From: Candidatus Scatomorpha stercorigallinarum
GTDB lineage: Bacteria > Bacillota > Clostridia > Oscillospirales > Oscillospiraceae
Direction of reading: 5' to 3'
DNA: 64,000 bases
Assembly (NCBI GenBank): GCA_944387865.1
Contig: CALXGN010000006.1
Location: 11,355 to 75,354, forward strand
Position 1 is the stretch's first letter. Each line of letters begins with the position of its first letter. The notes under the pieces were generated by a model. It was not told where the DNA came from, made no database searches, and saw only the letters and a list, made by a program, of their open reading frames with translations. Positions 50,186-59,628 of the stretch are shown here, one piece after another. Position numbers and translations under genes: made by a program.

Positions 50186-50839
50186 TTGAGTACGATTCTC
50201 ATCGTTGAGGACGAAAAACCGATCAATGACCTGATAAATATGAACCTCACGCAGGCCGGATACGCCTGCGTATGCGCGTATGACGGGGTAGCAGCCGCCA
50301 ATCTGCTGGAGCGCGAGCGCTTCGACCTGGTGCTGCTGGACATCATGCTCCCGGGCATCGACGGCTATGAGCTGCTCGACTACATAAAGCCCACGGAGAC
50401 GCCCGTCATCTTCATCACCGCCAAGGGCAGCATGCAGGACAAGGTGCGCGGCCTGCGCCTGGGCGCGGACGATTACCTGGTAAAGCCCTTTGAGATAGTG
50501 GAGCTGCTCGCGCGCGTGGAGGCCGTGCTGCGCCGCGCGGGGAAGGGGCAGGAGGAGCTGTTCATCGACGGGCTGCGCATCGACACCCGCTCGCGCACCG
50601 TGTTCCGCGGCAGCCGCGAGATCAGCCTGACGATGAAGGAGTTCGACCTGCTGCTGCTCTTCGTGCGCAACCGCAACATCGCCCTGTTCCGCGAGACGAT
50701 ATACGAGCGCGTCTGGGACAGCGAATATATGGGAGATTCCCGCACCGTTGACCTCCACGTGCAGCGCCTGCGCAAAAAGCTGCACTGGGAGGACAAGCTG
50801 AAGGCCGTATACAAGGTGGGATACAGACTTGAGATTTAA
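50186..50839 (+). CDS. OmpR-family response regulator
   Basis: Receiver domain (ILIVEDE...DLVLLDIMLPG) plus a winged-helix output domain. TTG 50186 has a GGGGGTG SD; the ORF is open from 50153. Confidence 0.88.
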   Translation: MSTILIVEDEKPINDLINMNLTQAGYACVCAYDGVAAANLLERERFDLVLLDIMLPGIDGYELLDYIKPTETPVIFITAKGSMQDKVRGLRLGADDYLVKPFEIVELLARVEAVLRRAGKGQEELFIDGLRIDTRSRTVFRGSREISLTMKEFDLLLLFVRNRNIALFRETIYERVWDSEYMGDSRTVDLHVQRLRKKLHWEDKLKAVYKVGYRLEI

Positions 50840-51791
50840 GACCTCTCTGGAAGGCTTCCCCGTACACCTGCTGCTGATGTCCGGCTGCACCATCGCCGTG
50901 GCCATCTGCGCCGCGGCCTGCGCCGGCTACGCCACCGGCACGCTCAGCGCCAGCTACGGGGGGTACCTGGCCTTCATGCTCGGCGCTTCCGCCCTCGGCG
51001 GGCTGCTGCTGGCCTATTCCGCCTGGCTGCACAGCGGCCGCGAGCGGCGGGAACTGGAACGCTGCCGCGCGCAGGCGGAGGCCATGGGCGCGGAGATAAA
51101 AAACCTTGAGGACGCCGCCGGGCGGCGCGAGGAGTTCATCGCCTCCTTCGCCCACGAGCTGAAAACGCCGCTGACGGCCATCATCGGCTATGCGGACATG
51201 CTGCGCTCGATGGAGCTCTCGCCCAAGAACCGCTTCACCGCGGCGGGCTACATATTTTCCGAGGGCAAGCGGCTGGAGGCGCTGTCGCTGAAGCTGCTGG
51301 ACCTGATCGTCGCCGGCAAGCAGGGCGTGGAGCGCAGGCGCTTCGACGCGCCGTACCTCATCCGCGAGGTGGCGGCCGTGGCTGTGCCCTCGCTGGCGGC
51401 GGACGGCATGAAGCTGGACATGCACTGGGAGCCGGGCGAGGTGGAGATCGAGCCCGACCTCTTCAAAACGCTGCTGATAAACCTCATCGACAACGCGCGC
51501 AAGGCCAGCCGCCGCGGGCAGAGCGTGGAGCTCTCCGGCCGCCGGGAGGACGGCGGCTACGCCTTTTACGTCACCGACCACGGGCGCGGGATGCGCCGCG
51601 AGGACCTCGACAAGATAACCGAGCCCTTTTACATGATAGACAAGTCGCGCTCCCGCGCGCAGAACGGCGCCGGGCTGGGCCTGGCGCTCTGCCAGCGCAT
51701 CGCCGAGCTGCACGGCACCAGGCTCGAATACGAGAGCGAGCCCGGCAAAGGCACCACGGTGCGCGTGCTGCTCGCGGACGGTGAGCCGTGA
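50829..51791 (+). CDS. Sensor histidine kinase, intramembrane-sensing type
   Basis: Two TM helices with almost no external loop, H-box FAHELKTPL, N and G boxes. The TTG start overlaps the regulator stop; a later ATG at 50877 is also possible. Confidence 0.85.
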   Translation: MRFKTSLEGFPVHLLLMSGCTIAVAICAAACAGYATGTLSASYGGYLAFMLGASALGGLLLAYSAWLHSGRERRELERCRAQAEAMGAEIKNLEDAAGRREEFIASFAHELKTPLTAIIGYADMLRSMELSPKNRFTAAGYIFSEGKRLEALSLKLLDLIVAGKQGVERRRFDAPYLIREVAAVAVPSLAADGMKLDMHWEPGEVEIEPDLFKTLLINLIDNARKASRRGQSVELSGRREDGGYAFYVTDHGRGMRREDLDKITEPFYMIDKSRSRAQNGAGLGLALCQRIAELHGTRLEYESEPGKGTTVRVLLADGEP

Positions 51792-52534
51792 GGGCGCGCG
51801 GCCGGGGCGCCGGGGCCTATATCATCGCGGCGCTGGTGATGCTCGCCTGCGCGCTGCTGCCGCTGCTCTTTATGCCGCGCTCGCAGGCGCCGCTGCCCTA
51901 CGGCGAGGCTGAGCAGCTGGGCACGACCCGCAGCCAGAGGGCGGAGCTCTTCACGCGCTATTTTACGGACGGCGAGCTGGAGCGGCGCGGATTCGAACCC
52001 ACGATGGACGAGCGCGAGGGCGTCATCGCCTGCCGCGCGCTGGCGAACAGCGTGCTCACGGGCCTGTGCGCGGACAGTACGCTGCCGGAGCCGGCGGACG
52101 CGCAGATAAGCTACTTCTCCGTCGCCGACGGGGAGGCGCAGATCCGCGTGATGGAGTTCAACCAGCGCTGGACGGGGGACTGGAGCAACTGGTTTTCCAT
52201 CCACATCGACCTGGACACGCAGGAGGTCTACCGCGCGTATATCAGCGAGCAGTGCCTGAAGAACGTTGAGGACTACAGCCTGCCGCTGCCGCGCGCGGCG
52301 GACACGGCGGAGCGCTGGTTCTCGCTGCTCGGCTGCGAGGGCGGGGCGGCCGGCGCGGACGCCGAGGACCCGCTGCCGGCGGAGACGACGGACTACGCGC
52401 AGTCCATGGAGACCGACTTCGGCATATATTACAGCGCCCCGGAGGGGGAGGCGCTGCGCTACATGGTGCACCTGAAGTACTATGCGGACGAGTACCCCTC
52501 GCTTATCAGAGACATGATGTTCACATTGCAGTGA
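51788..52534 (+). CDS. Membrane-anchored hypothetical protein
   Basis: Its GTG start overlaps the kinase stop (GTGA). It has one N-terminal TM helix, and I recognise no family. Confidence 0.5.
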   Translation: MRARGRGAGAYIIAALVMLACALLPLLFMPRSQAPLPYGEAEQLGTTRSQRAELFTRYFTDGELERRGFEPTMDEREGVIACRALANSVLTGLCADSTLPEPADAQISYFSVADGEAQIRVMEFNQRWTGDWSNWFSIHIDLDTQEVYRAYISEQCLKNVEDYSLPLPRAADTAERWFSLLGCEGGAAGADAEDPLPAETTDYAQSMETDFGIYYSAPEGEALRYMVHLKYYADEYPSLIRDMMFTLQ

Positions 52535-52546
52535 GGTGGGAGAGGG

Positions 52547-53314
52547 ATGAAAACACAGGCCATTGCGGGTCTCATAATGCTCATATTCGTCATGCTCACG
52601 CTGCTCTCGGCGAGCTGGATGGCCGTCGGGACGGACGGCCGGGAGGGCGACCCGCTCTCCGCCGCCGCGGCGGCAGAGGCGGCGGCCGCCGCCGTCAGCT
52701 CACAGCCCGAGGATGACGCGGAGGCAACGCCGTCCATGCCGGCCTTTGACCGCACGGACTGGCGGCTGCGCCTGGTGAACGCCAATTACGAGCTGCCGGC
52801 GGACTTCGCCGTGGAGACGGCGGACGTGGAGGGCTACCTCTTCGACGCGCGGGCGGCGGAGGCACTGCAGTCCATGCTGGACGGCGGGCGCGCGGCCGGC
52901 GTGGACCTTATCCTCACCTCCGCCTACCGTACATACGACTACCAGCAGGGGCTTTTCCAGAACAAGGTGCAGCGCGTGATGGCCGAGCGGGGCATATCGC
53001 AGGCGGAGGCCGAGCCCATCGCCGCTGAGGAAGTGGCGCGCCCGGGGATGAGCGAGCACTGCCTGGGGCTGGCGGTTGACATAATAACGAGCGACTACAC
53101 CACGCTTGACTATGGCTTCGCCCAGACGGACGCCGCCAAGTGGCTCTATGAGCACTGCGCGGAATACGGCTTCATCCTCCGCTATCCGGAGGACAAGACG
53201 GACATCACCGGCATCATCTATGAGCCCTGGCACTTCCGCTATGTGGGCGAGGAGGCCGCGGCATACATCATGGAAAACGGCCTCACGCTGGAGGAGTTCC
53301 TCGGCGTTGCATAA
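52547..53314 (+). CDS. VanY-type D-alanyl-D-alanine carboxypeptidase (M15B)
   Basis: N-terminal TM anchor, SEHCLGLAVD (SxHxxGxAxD) and EPWHFRYVG motifs. Confidence 0.85.
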   Translation: MKTQAIAGLIMLIFVMLTLLSASWMAVGTDGREGDPLSAAAAAEAAAAAVSSQPEDDAEATPSMPAFDRTDWRLRLVNANYELPADFAVETADVEGYLFDARAAEALQSMLDGGRAAGVDLILTSAYRTYDYQQGLFQNKVQRVMAERGISQAEAEPIAAEEVARPGMSEHCLGLAVDIITSDYTTLDYGFAQTDAAKWLYEHCAEYGFILRYPEDKTDITGIIYEPWHFRYVGEEAAAYIMENGLTLEEFLGVA

Positions 53315-53320
53315 GGGGTC

Positions 53321-53373
53321 TTGACAAAAGCCTCCTACAGTTGTAGTATAATGTATACTACAACTGTAGGAGG
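53321..53373 (+). promoter_or_regulatory. blaI-type promoter with perfect palindromic operator
   Basis: TTGACA (53321-53326), 17-nt spacer, TAGTAT. The 43-nt palindrome cctcctacagttgtagtata-atg-tatactacaactgtaggagg (53331-53373) contains TACA/TGTA cores, and its right arm supplies the GGAGG SD. Confidence 0.6.
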
Positions 53374-53380
53374 TATTTTT

Positions 53381-53740
53381 ATGCGCCTTACGGACGCCGA
53401 ATGGGCGGTGCTGGATGCGCTGTGGGATGCCGGCGAGGCCGCGCTGGGGGACATCGCTGCCCGGCTGAAGGACGAGCGCGGCTGGAACAAGAACACAGCC
53501 TACACTTATCTCACACGCATGGCGGCCAAGGGCCTGGTGGGCATCGACCGCGAGCGGGAAAAGCCCTACAGCGCGGCGGTGACGCGCGAGGACTGCGCCC
53601 GTGCGGAGCGCGGCGAGCTGCTCGAACGGGTGTATAACGGTGCGGCGGGCGACCTGATAGCCGCTTTTTTGAAGGAGTCGCACATCTCCCGCGAGGAGGC
53701 CGCGCGGCTGCGCCGCCTGCTCGACGAGATGGAGGTGTAG
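53381..53740 (+). CDS. blaI: BlaI/MecI/CopY-family transcriptional repressor
   Basis: Winged-helix N-terminus LTDAEWAVLDALW...NTAYTYLTRMAAKGLV. Start trimmed to ATG 53381. Confidence 0.85.
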   Translation: MRLTDAEWAVLDALWDAGEAALGDIAARLKDERGWNKNTAYTYLTRMAAKGLVGIDREREKPYSAAVTREDCARAERGELLERVYNGAAGDLIAAFLKESHISREEAARLRRLLDEMEV

Positions 53741-53743
53741 CGC

Positions 53744-55690
53744 GTGGGGAATATATGGGAGTTCCTCTATCAGACGCTGACGGTGTCCATCGTGGCGGCA
53801 GCTCTGCTGTTTATCAAGCGGCTGCTGCGCGACAAGCTCTCGCCGCGCTGGCAGTACGGCGTATGGGCCGTGCTGGCGCTGAGGGCGCTGCTGCCGGCCT
53901 CCACCACGCGCGGCGTCGTCCCGTCGCTTGCGCTGGAGGTGGAGACGCAGAAGAGCGCCGTGGAGCTGGGGCTCGGCTCGGCCTACAGCGGTGCGTTCGA
54001 GCCCATACGGCTGCGCCATGTCCTGCCCTGGATAGACGCCGCGCCGGCGAGCGCGACGGACTGGCTGTTCATCGCCTACGCCGCCGGGGTGCTGCTCACG
54101 CTGGCCTGGTACGCCCTGCGCTATGCGCATCTGCGCGCGCTGCTGCGGCGAGGCTCGGCGGCGGGGGCGGAGGCGCAGGCGGCCGTTGCGTCGGCGGCGG
54201 GGAAATACGGCCTGCGGCCCTGCCCGGCGGTGGCCGTGCCGGGGCTGAAAACGGCCTTCGTCTGCGGCGTTTTCCGCCCCGTGCTGGCGGTGCCGGCGGA
54301 GGGCGCGCCGGACGAAAAGGTGATACTGCACGAGCTGCTGCACCTGAAGCACCGCGACGCGCTGCAAAACGTTTTCTGGTGCTTCCTGCGCGCGCTGCAC
54401 TGGTGCGACCCCTTCATGCAGTACGTTTTCGACCGCGTGGGGAACGACATGGAGTCGCTCTGCGACCAGCGGGTGCTGGAACGGCTGGAGGGCGAGGAGC
54501 GGCGCGAATACGGCGGCATATTGCTCGAAATGGCGAGCAGCTCCTATGCCCGCGCGCCGGGCACAAGCTCCATCTCCAACGGCGCGAAAAACATCGCCCG
54601 CCGCATCGAGGCCATCGCCCGCTTCAAGCTCTATCCGCGCGGCATGGCGCTGATAGCCGCGTGTACGGCTGTGACGCTGTGTGCGGCCCTGCTCACCGGC
54701 GTGGCGGCGGGTTACAGCGCGCATATGTTCCAACATCCGGACAGAAAGGACGAGTTTGCCGCCGCCATGGCCGCAACACGGCTGAACCGCTGCACAACGG
54801 TCGCCGGGGCGCTGGACACTTACGCAAAGGCGATGGTGAGCGGCGAGGTGTTCGGTTTCGCCATGTCCACGCCGCTGAGTATGCAGGAGCAGTGGTACGA
54901 GGAGACGCTCGAATACAGCGAGGACCCCTACAAGACACGTATATGGACTGTGAGGCCGGACAGATACCTCAAAAATAACTGGCGCACGCCGGACATAAGC
55001 TTTTACAACATCCGGGAGACGGAGAATGGGCGCTACAGCTGCTGGATCGTACACAAGGGCGAGTGGTACGACGAGAACAGCAGCTTCACGGTCGGCTGGA
55101 CGGCCTTCACTCCGGTCGAAATCTGGCGCGAGGACGGCTTTTACGTGGTGCGCGAGACGGGCGGGCGTGAGGTGATAGACGCTGCAGATTGGAGCGGCTA
55201 TGAACGGCCCATGCTCGTGCGAGGCAGCGCCGGGTGCGCGGGCGGCACGGTGGAGGCGTCCATATATACCACCTATTCAACGCCGGGCGGCTACCAGAAC
55301 GCCGACCCGCAGGCGGAGTTCACGCAGTGGTGGCGGAACTATGAGATAAGCTATGAGCGCGGCAGCCGCGTTTTTGACGGCGCGGAGGCGCAAAACGCCG
55401 CCATCCAGTACCGGCCGCTCTGGGACGATGAGGACATCGCCGCCGTGAGCTGGGAGGGCGTGGACGCCCCTTCGCTCTATCCTGCCAGCGGCGGCGGCGA
55501 CAGCGGCGGCTTCTGCTCGGCGGTATTCTCGCCGGACGAGGAGGGCATGGAGCTTTTCTCCGGCGGCGGCACGGGCGGGAGCGAGGCGGAAGGGCCGGTC
55601 GAGTGCCCGGCGGCGCTCGCCGTGCGGCTTTTTGTCAACGGTAACGTTGTGGACGAGCTGGTGCTGGATCTGGAGGACGCGGATGGATAA
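53744..55690 (+). CDS. BlaR1/MecR1-like M56 signal-transducing metalloprotease with non-PBP C-terminal domain
   Basis: TM helices and the HELLHLKHRD zinc motif. The roughly 330-aa C-terminal domain lacks the SxxK/KTG motifs of beta-lactam sensors. Confidence 0.8.
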   Translation: MGNIWEFLYQTLTVSIVAAALLFIKRLLRDKLSPRWQYGVWAVLALRALLPASTTRGVVPSLALEVETQKSAVELGLGSAYSGAFEPIRLRHVLPWIDAAPASATDWLFIAYAAGVLLTLAWYALRYAHLRALLRRGSAAGAEAQAAVASAAGKYGLRPCPAVAVPGLKTAFVCGVFRPVLAVPAEGAPDEKVILHELLHLKHRDALQNVFWCFLRALHWCDPFMQYVFDRVGNDMESLCDQRVLERLEGEERREYGGILLEMASSSYARAPGTSSISNGAKNIARRIEAIARFKLYPRGMALIAACTAVTLCAALLTGVAAGYSAHMFQHPDRKDEFAAAMAATRLNRCTTVAGALDTYAKAMVSGEVFGFAMSTPLSMQEQWYEETLEYSEDPYKTRIWTVRPDRYLKNNWRTPDISFYNIRETENGRYSCWIVHKGEWYDENSSFTVGWTAFTPVEIWREDGFYVVRETGGREVIDAADWSGYERPMLVRGSAGCAGGTVEASIYTTYSTPGGYQNADPQAEFTQWWRNYEISYERGSRVFDGAEAQNAAIQYRPLWDDEDIAAVSWEGVDAPSLYPASGGGDSGGFCSAVFSPDEEGMELFSGGGTGGSEAEGPVECPAALAVRLFVNGNVVDELVLDLEDADG

Positions 55691-56273
55691 GAGCGAAAAG
55701 GAAATGCTGGCAAATGCCATTGGCCGGCTGGGCGTGGGCTATATCTTCCTGTACATCGATATCAACATCAGCGGCTTTGGGCTGCTGCCCAACTGGGCGT
55801 TTTACATCTTCGCCTATCTGGCCCTGCCCGAGCTGGGGCGCGCGGAGCGCAGCGCGCTGCTGCTGCAGCCGCTGACGGGCCTGCTGTTCGCCTGGGAGTG
55901 CCTGTGCTGGGGCTGCACGGCGCTGGGCTACGCGCCGGAGGGCGGGGCCTGGTACCTGCCGCAGCTGCTGGCCGGCGTGCTGGGGCTCTATTACCACTTC
56001 CAGCTGCTGACGAACGCGGCGGACGCCGCGCGCAGCTTCCATTGTGAAAAGGCCGGGCAGCTTATCGTGCTGCGCAACATACGCACTGTGCTGACCACGC
56101 TCGTCGCCCTGCCCTGGCCGCTGGAGCGCATGGACGCCAGCGCGCAGGAGGCGACCGCCATCGTTATCGCCGCTGTGGCCGTCGTGCTCTCCGTGTGGAG
56201 CATCATCGCCATCTTCGCCGTCAGGGGCGAGCTGCTGGGCGGCCGGTGGGGCTCGGACGAGTGCCCGGAATGA
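55683..56273 (+). CDS. Polytopic membrane protein, unknown function
   Basis: Its ATG overlaps the blaR1-like stop by 8 nt. It has about 5 TM helices and is followed by a terminator. Confidence 0.55.
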   Translation: MDKSEKEMLANAIGRLGVGYIFLYIDINISGFGLLPNWAFYIFAYLALPELGRAERSALLLQPLTGLLFAWECLCWGCTALGYAPEGGAWYLPQLLAGVLGLYYHFQLLTNAADAARSFHCEKAGQLIVLRNIRTVLTTLVALPWPLERMDASAQEATAIVIAAVAVVLSVWSIIAIFAVRGELLGGRWGSDECPE

Positions 56274-56274
56274 T

Positions 56275-56307
56275 AAAAAAGCGGAGGGCCGCGGCCCTCC
56301 GCTTTTT
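56275..56307. terminator. Bidirectional Rho-independent terminator
   Basis: gcggagggcc-gc-ggccctccgc flanked by aaaaaa and ttttt. Confidence 0.6.
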
Positions 56308-57193
56308 ATTTTGTTCTTGCCCTGCGGCGCAGGAAGGCGAGCTTGGTCTCCGATATCAGCACGGCGGCGAAGATGAGGACAAAGCCGCTGACGGTCTTGA
56401 GCGTCAGCTGTTCGTGGTAAAAGGCCACGGAGAACAGCGTGCCGAAAACGGATTCCAGCGTCAGTATGATGGAGGCGGACTGGGCGCTCGTGTATTTCTG
56501 CCCCAGGGCCTGCAAAAAGTAGCAGGCGCCGGTGCACATCACGCAGAGATAGGCCACGCTCAGCCAGGCGGAGGCGGGGACGCTCTGCGGGAAGGGCGAG
56601 GCGACGGGCGCCGTTATCCAGCAGAGCACGGCCGTGGTGGCGAGCTGCACGGTGGTCAGCGGCAGGACGGCGTATTTTTCCAGTCCGCGGGAGCTGACGA
56701 TGATGTGCAGGGCGTAAAAGAGCCCGCAGCACATGGTCAGGGCGTCCCCCAGCCCGAGGGAGAGGTCGCCCTCCAGCGAGACCAGCGCCATGCCCGCTAT
56801 GCACACCAGGGCGGCCGCCACATTGTAGCGGTCGGGCCGCTTTTTGAAGAACGCCCACCAGAGGAAGGGCACGATGACGCAGTACGTGGCCGTGAGGAAG
56901 GCGTTCTTGCCGGGCGTGGTGTAGAGCAGGCCGTAGGTCTGCAGGGTGTACGCGCAGTAGAGGGCCGCGCCCATGGCGAGGCCGTATTTGAGCGCGCGGC
57001 GGTCGAGCGTTTTCAGCTGCTTGTTGGCGGCGAGGGCCATGATGAGGGCCGCGCCGCTGAAGCGGAAGGCCAGTATCCAGAGCGTGGGCAGGCTGTTGAG
57101 CGTGTTTTTGAGGATGATGAAGGATGAACCCCAGATGATGGTGGTGCCGAGGAGCGCGAGGCGGCCGATTGTGGACTGTTTCCTGCTGGGCAT
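56306..57193 (-). CDS. DMT-superfamily (EamA-type) transporter
   Basis: Ten TM helices in a 5+5 arrangement with duplicated EamA domains. Confidence 0.8.
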   Translation of the reverse strand: MPSRKQSTIGRLALLGTTIIWGSSFIILKNTLNSLPTLWILAFRFSGAALIMALAANKQLKTLDRRALKYGLAMGAALYCAYTLQTYGLLYTTPGKNAFLTATYCVIVPFLWWAFFKKRPDRYNVAAALVCIAGMALVSLEGDLSLGLGDALTMCCGLFYALHIIVSSRGLEKYAVLPLTTVQLATTAVLCWITAPVASPFPQSVPASAWLSVAYLCVMCTGACYFLQALGQKYTSAQSASIILTLESVFGTLFSVAFYHEQLTLKTVSGFVLIFAAVLISETKLAFLRRRARTK

Positions 57194-57194
57194 A

Positions 57195-59582
57195 TCACTC
57201 TTCCTTCTTCATGTGCTGAGCCGCGGCGCGCAGCATCAGGCGCTTGACGCCGGGGCCTTCAAAGGTTATCTCGATGAGGGCGTCGCCGCCCATGGGGGTC
57301 ATTTTCGTGATCTCCCCGCGGCCGAAGGCCGTGTGCACCACGCGGTCGCCGAGGGCGAAGGCGGGGGCCTTCTTCTCCGGCGCTTTGGGCGGCGCGGGGG
57401 CGTGGGGGACGGTCTCCCAGCGGGGAGGGCGCTTCTGCGCGGCGCTGCGGGCGCCGCGGCGCTCCTCCTGGCGCGCGCCCTGCCGGTGCGGGTCGAAGCC
57501 CGCCCGGTCCAGGTGCTCGGGGGGTATCTCCTCCACGAAGCGGCTGGGGAGGTTCATGGTCGTGCGGCCGAAGATCATGCGCTGGCGCGCGCAGGTGAGG
57601 TAGAGGTGCTCCTTCGCGCGCGTGAGCGCCACGTAGCACAGCCGGCGCTCCTCCTCCATCTCCTCCGGGTCGCCGATGCACCTGGCGCCGGGGAAGAGGC
57701 CCTCCTCCGCGCCGACGATGAACACGTTGGGGAATTCAAGGCCCTTGGCGCTGTGCATGGTCATCATCACGGCGCAGTCCGCCTCGCGGTCATAGCTGTC
57801 GATGTCCGTGTAGAGGGCGACTTCGTCGAGGAAGCCGGCGAGCGACTCGTCGCCCGTCTCCTTTATGTAGCCGAGGATGTTCGTTTTCAGCTCGTTGATG
57901 TTCTCCAAACGGGCCAGGGCCTCGTCCCCGCCCTTTTCCTGCAGGGCGCGGGCGTAGCCCGTCTCCTCCAGCACGGCGTCATAAAGGCGGTCGAGGCTCT
58001 CCGACTCCGCCAGCGAGCGCAGGCGCTGCATCATGTCCGAGAAGGCGATGAGCTTGGGGGCGGCGCGGCGCAGCTCCTCATATTCGTTCGCGTGGCGCAC
58101 GACCTCGTAGAGGCTCGTGCCCAGGCGCACGGCGAGCTGCCGGGCCGTCTCGATGGTCTTTTCGCCGATGCCGCGCTGCGGGGAGTTGATGATGCGCGCC
58201 AGGCGCAGGTCGTCCCCGGGCGTCAGCAGCACGGTCAGGTAGGCCAGCATGTCCTTGACCTCGGCGCGGTCGAAGAAGCGCATGCCGCCCACTACGCGGT
58301 AGGGGATGCCGTTGCGCTTGAAGGCGAACTCAAGGCGGTTGGACTGGGCGTTCATGCGGTAGAGCACGGCGCAGTCGCGGAAGTTCCCGCCGCCCCCGCG
58401 CCAGGCGAGGATGCGCGAGGCGACGAACTGCGCCTCGTCGTCCTCGTTCTGCGCCGTGTAGAGCAGGAGCTTGTCCCCGTCGCCGGCGTTTGTCCAGAGC
58501 GTCTTGCCCTTGCGCTCGGTGTTGTTGGCGATAACGGCGTTGGCCGCGCCGAGGATGTGGCCGGTGGAGCGGTAATTCTGCTCAAGCCGTATCGTGCGGC
58601 AGCCCTTGAACTCCTTTTCAAAGCTGAGTATGTTTTCAATGGTGGCGCCGCGGAACTTGTAGATGCTCTGGTCGTCGTCGCCAACCACGCAGATGTTGCC
58701 CCAGCCGCCGGCCAGCATGGAGGCCAGCATGTACTGGAGGTTGTTCGTGTCCTGATACTCGTCTATCAGCACGTACTTGAACTGGCGCTGGTAGTGCTCC
58801 AGCACGTCCGGGCACTCGCGGAAGAGGCGCACGGTGTTGTAGAGCAGGTCGTCGAAGTCCATGGCCCCGGCGGCGAACAGGCGCTGGGCGTAGAGCTTGT
58901 AGATCTCCGCCGTCTTGCGCAGGCGCACGTCGCCGGAAGCGCCGTAGCGCTGGGCGAAGAGCTCGGGCGAGAGCAGCTCGTCGCGCGCGGAATCCAGCCG
59001 CGCGAGCACGCTCTTGGGCGGGTAGACCTTGTCGTCCAGGTCCAGCTCGCGCAGTATGGCGCGCATGACGCTCAATCGGTCGGACGTATCGTAGATGGTG
59101 AAGTCCCGCGGGTAGCCAAGGCGGTCGGCGTCCCGGCGCAGGATGCGCACGCAGGCCGAGTGGAAGGTGCGGGCCCAGATGTCGTTCGCCTCCGGCCCAA
59201 GCATGCCCTCCAGGCGCGTCTTGAGCTCGTCTGCGGCCTTGTTGGTGAAGGTGATGGCGATGATGCGCCAGGGCTCCACGCGGCCGTAGGCGGCGATGCG
59301 CTGCGCCTCCGGCGAGGGGCCGGCCTCCAGAACGGCGAGGTCGGCCTCCGTGGCGTTTTCGGGGATCTCGTCCGTGTCCGACGCGCGGCCGTATTTGAGC
59401 AGATTGGCCACGCGGTTTATGAGCACGGTGGTCTTGCCGCTGCCGGCGCCGGCGAGGATGAGCAGCGGCCCCTCCGTGGCCAGCACGGCCTGCCGCTGCA
59501 TGGGGTTGAGGCGCGCAAAGTCGGCCTCGATGACCGCGCGGCGCGCTGCGATATAGCGTTTTTCAAAATCTGTAGTATTCAT
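57195..59582 (-). CDS. pcrA: PcrA/UvrD-type SF1 DNA helicase
   Basis: LNPMQRQAV, AGAGSGKTT, DEYQDTN and VALTRA motifs, plus a C-terminal Tudor-like FALGDRVVHTAFGRGEI domain. Confidence 0.92.
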   Translation of the reverse strand: MNTTDFEKRYIAARRAVIEADFARLNPMQRQAVLATEGPLLILAGAGSGKTTVLINRVANLLKYGRASDTDEIPENATEADLAVLEAGPSPEAQRIAAYGRVEPWRIIAITFTNKAADELKTRLEGMLGPEANDIWARTFHSACVRILRRDADRLGYPRDFTIYDTSDRLSVMRAILRELDLDDKVYPPKSVLARLDSARDELLSPELFAQRYGASGDVRLRKTAEIYKLYAQRLFAAGAMDFDDLLYNTVRLFRECPDVLEHYQRQFKYVLIDEYQDTNNLQYMLASMLAGGWGNICVVGDDDQSIYKFRGATIENILSFEKEFKGCRTIRLEQNYRSTGHILGAANAVIANNTERKGKTLWTNAGDGDKLLLYTAQNEDDEAQFVASRILAWRGGGGNFRDCAVLYRMNAQSNRLEFAFKRNGIPYRVVGGMRFFDRAEVKDMLAYLTVLLTPGDDLRLARIINSPQRGIGEKTIETARQLAVRLGTSLYEVVRHANEYEELRRAAPKLIAFSDMMQRLRSLAESESLDRLYDAVLEETGYARALQEKGGDEALARLENINELKTNILGYIKETGDESLAGFLDEVALYTDIDSYDREADCAVMMTMHSAKGLEFPNVFIVGAEEGLFPGARCIGDPEEMEEERRLCYVALTRAKEHLYLTCARQRMIFGRTTMNLPSRFVEEIPPEHLDRAGFDPHRQGARQEERRGARSAAQKRPPRWETVPHAPAPPKAPEKKAPAFALGDRVVHTAFGRGEITKMTPMGGDALIEITFEGPGVKRLMLRAAAQHMKKEE

Positions 59583-59628
59583 AGCAGCCTATTTTACCAC
59601 AGCCGCGCGCCGCGGGCAAGAGCCTTCC

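Noticed and set aside
52700-55054. 784-aa minus-strand ORF over the vanY, blaI and blaR1-like genes
   Set aside because: It is an Arg/Gly/His/Pro-rich shadow ORF that crosses three independently supported plus-strand genes and their operator.
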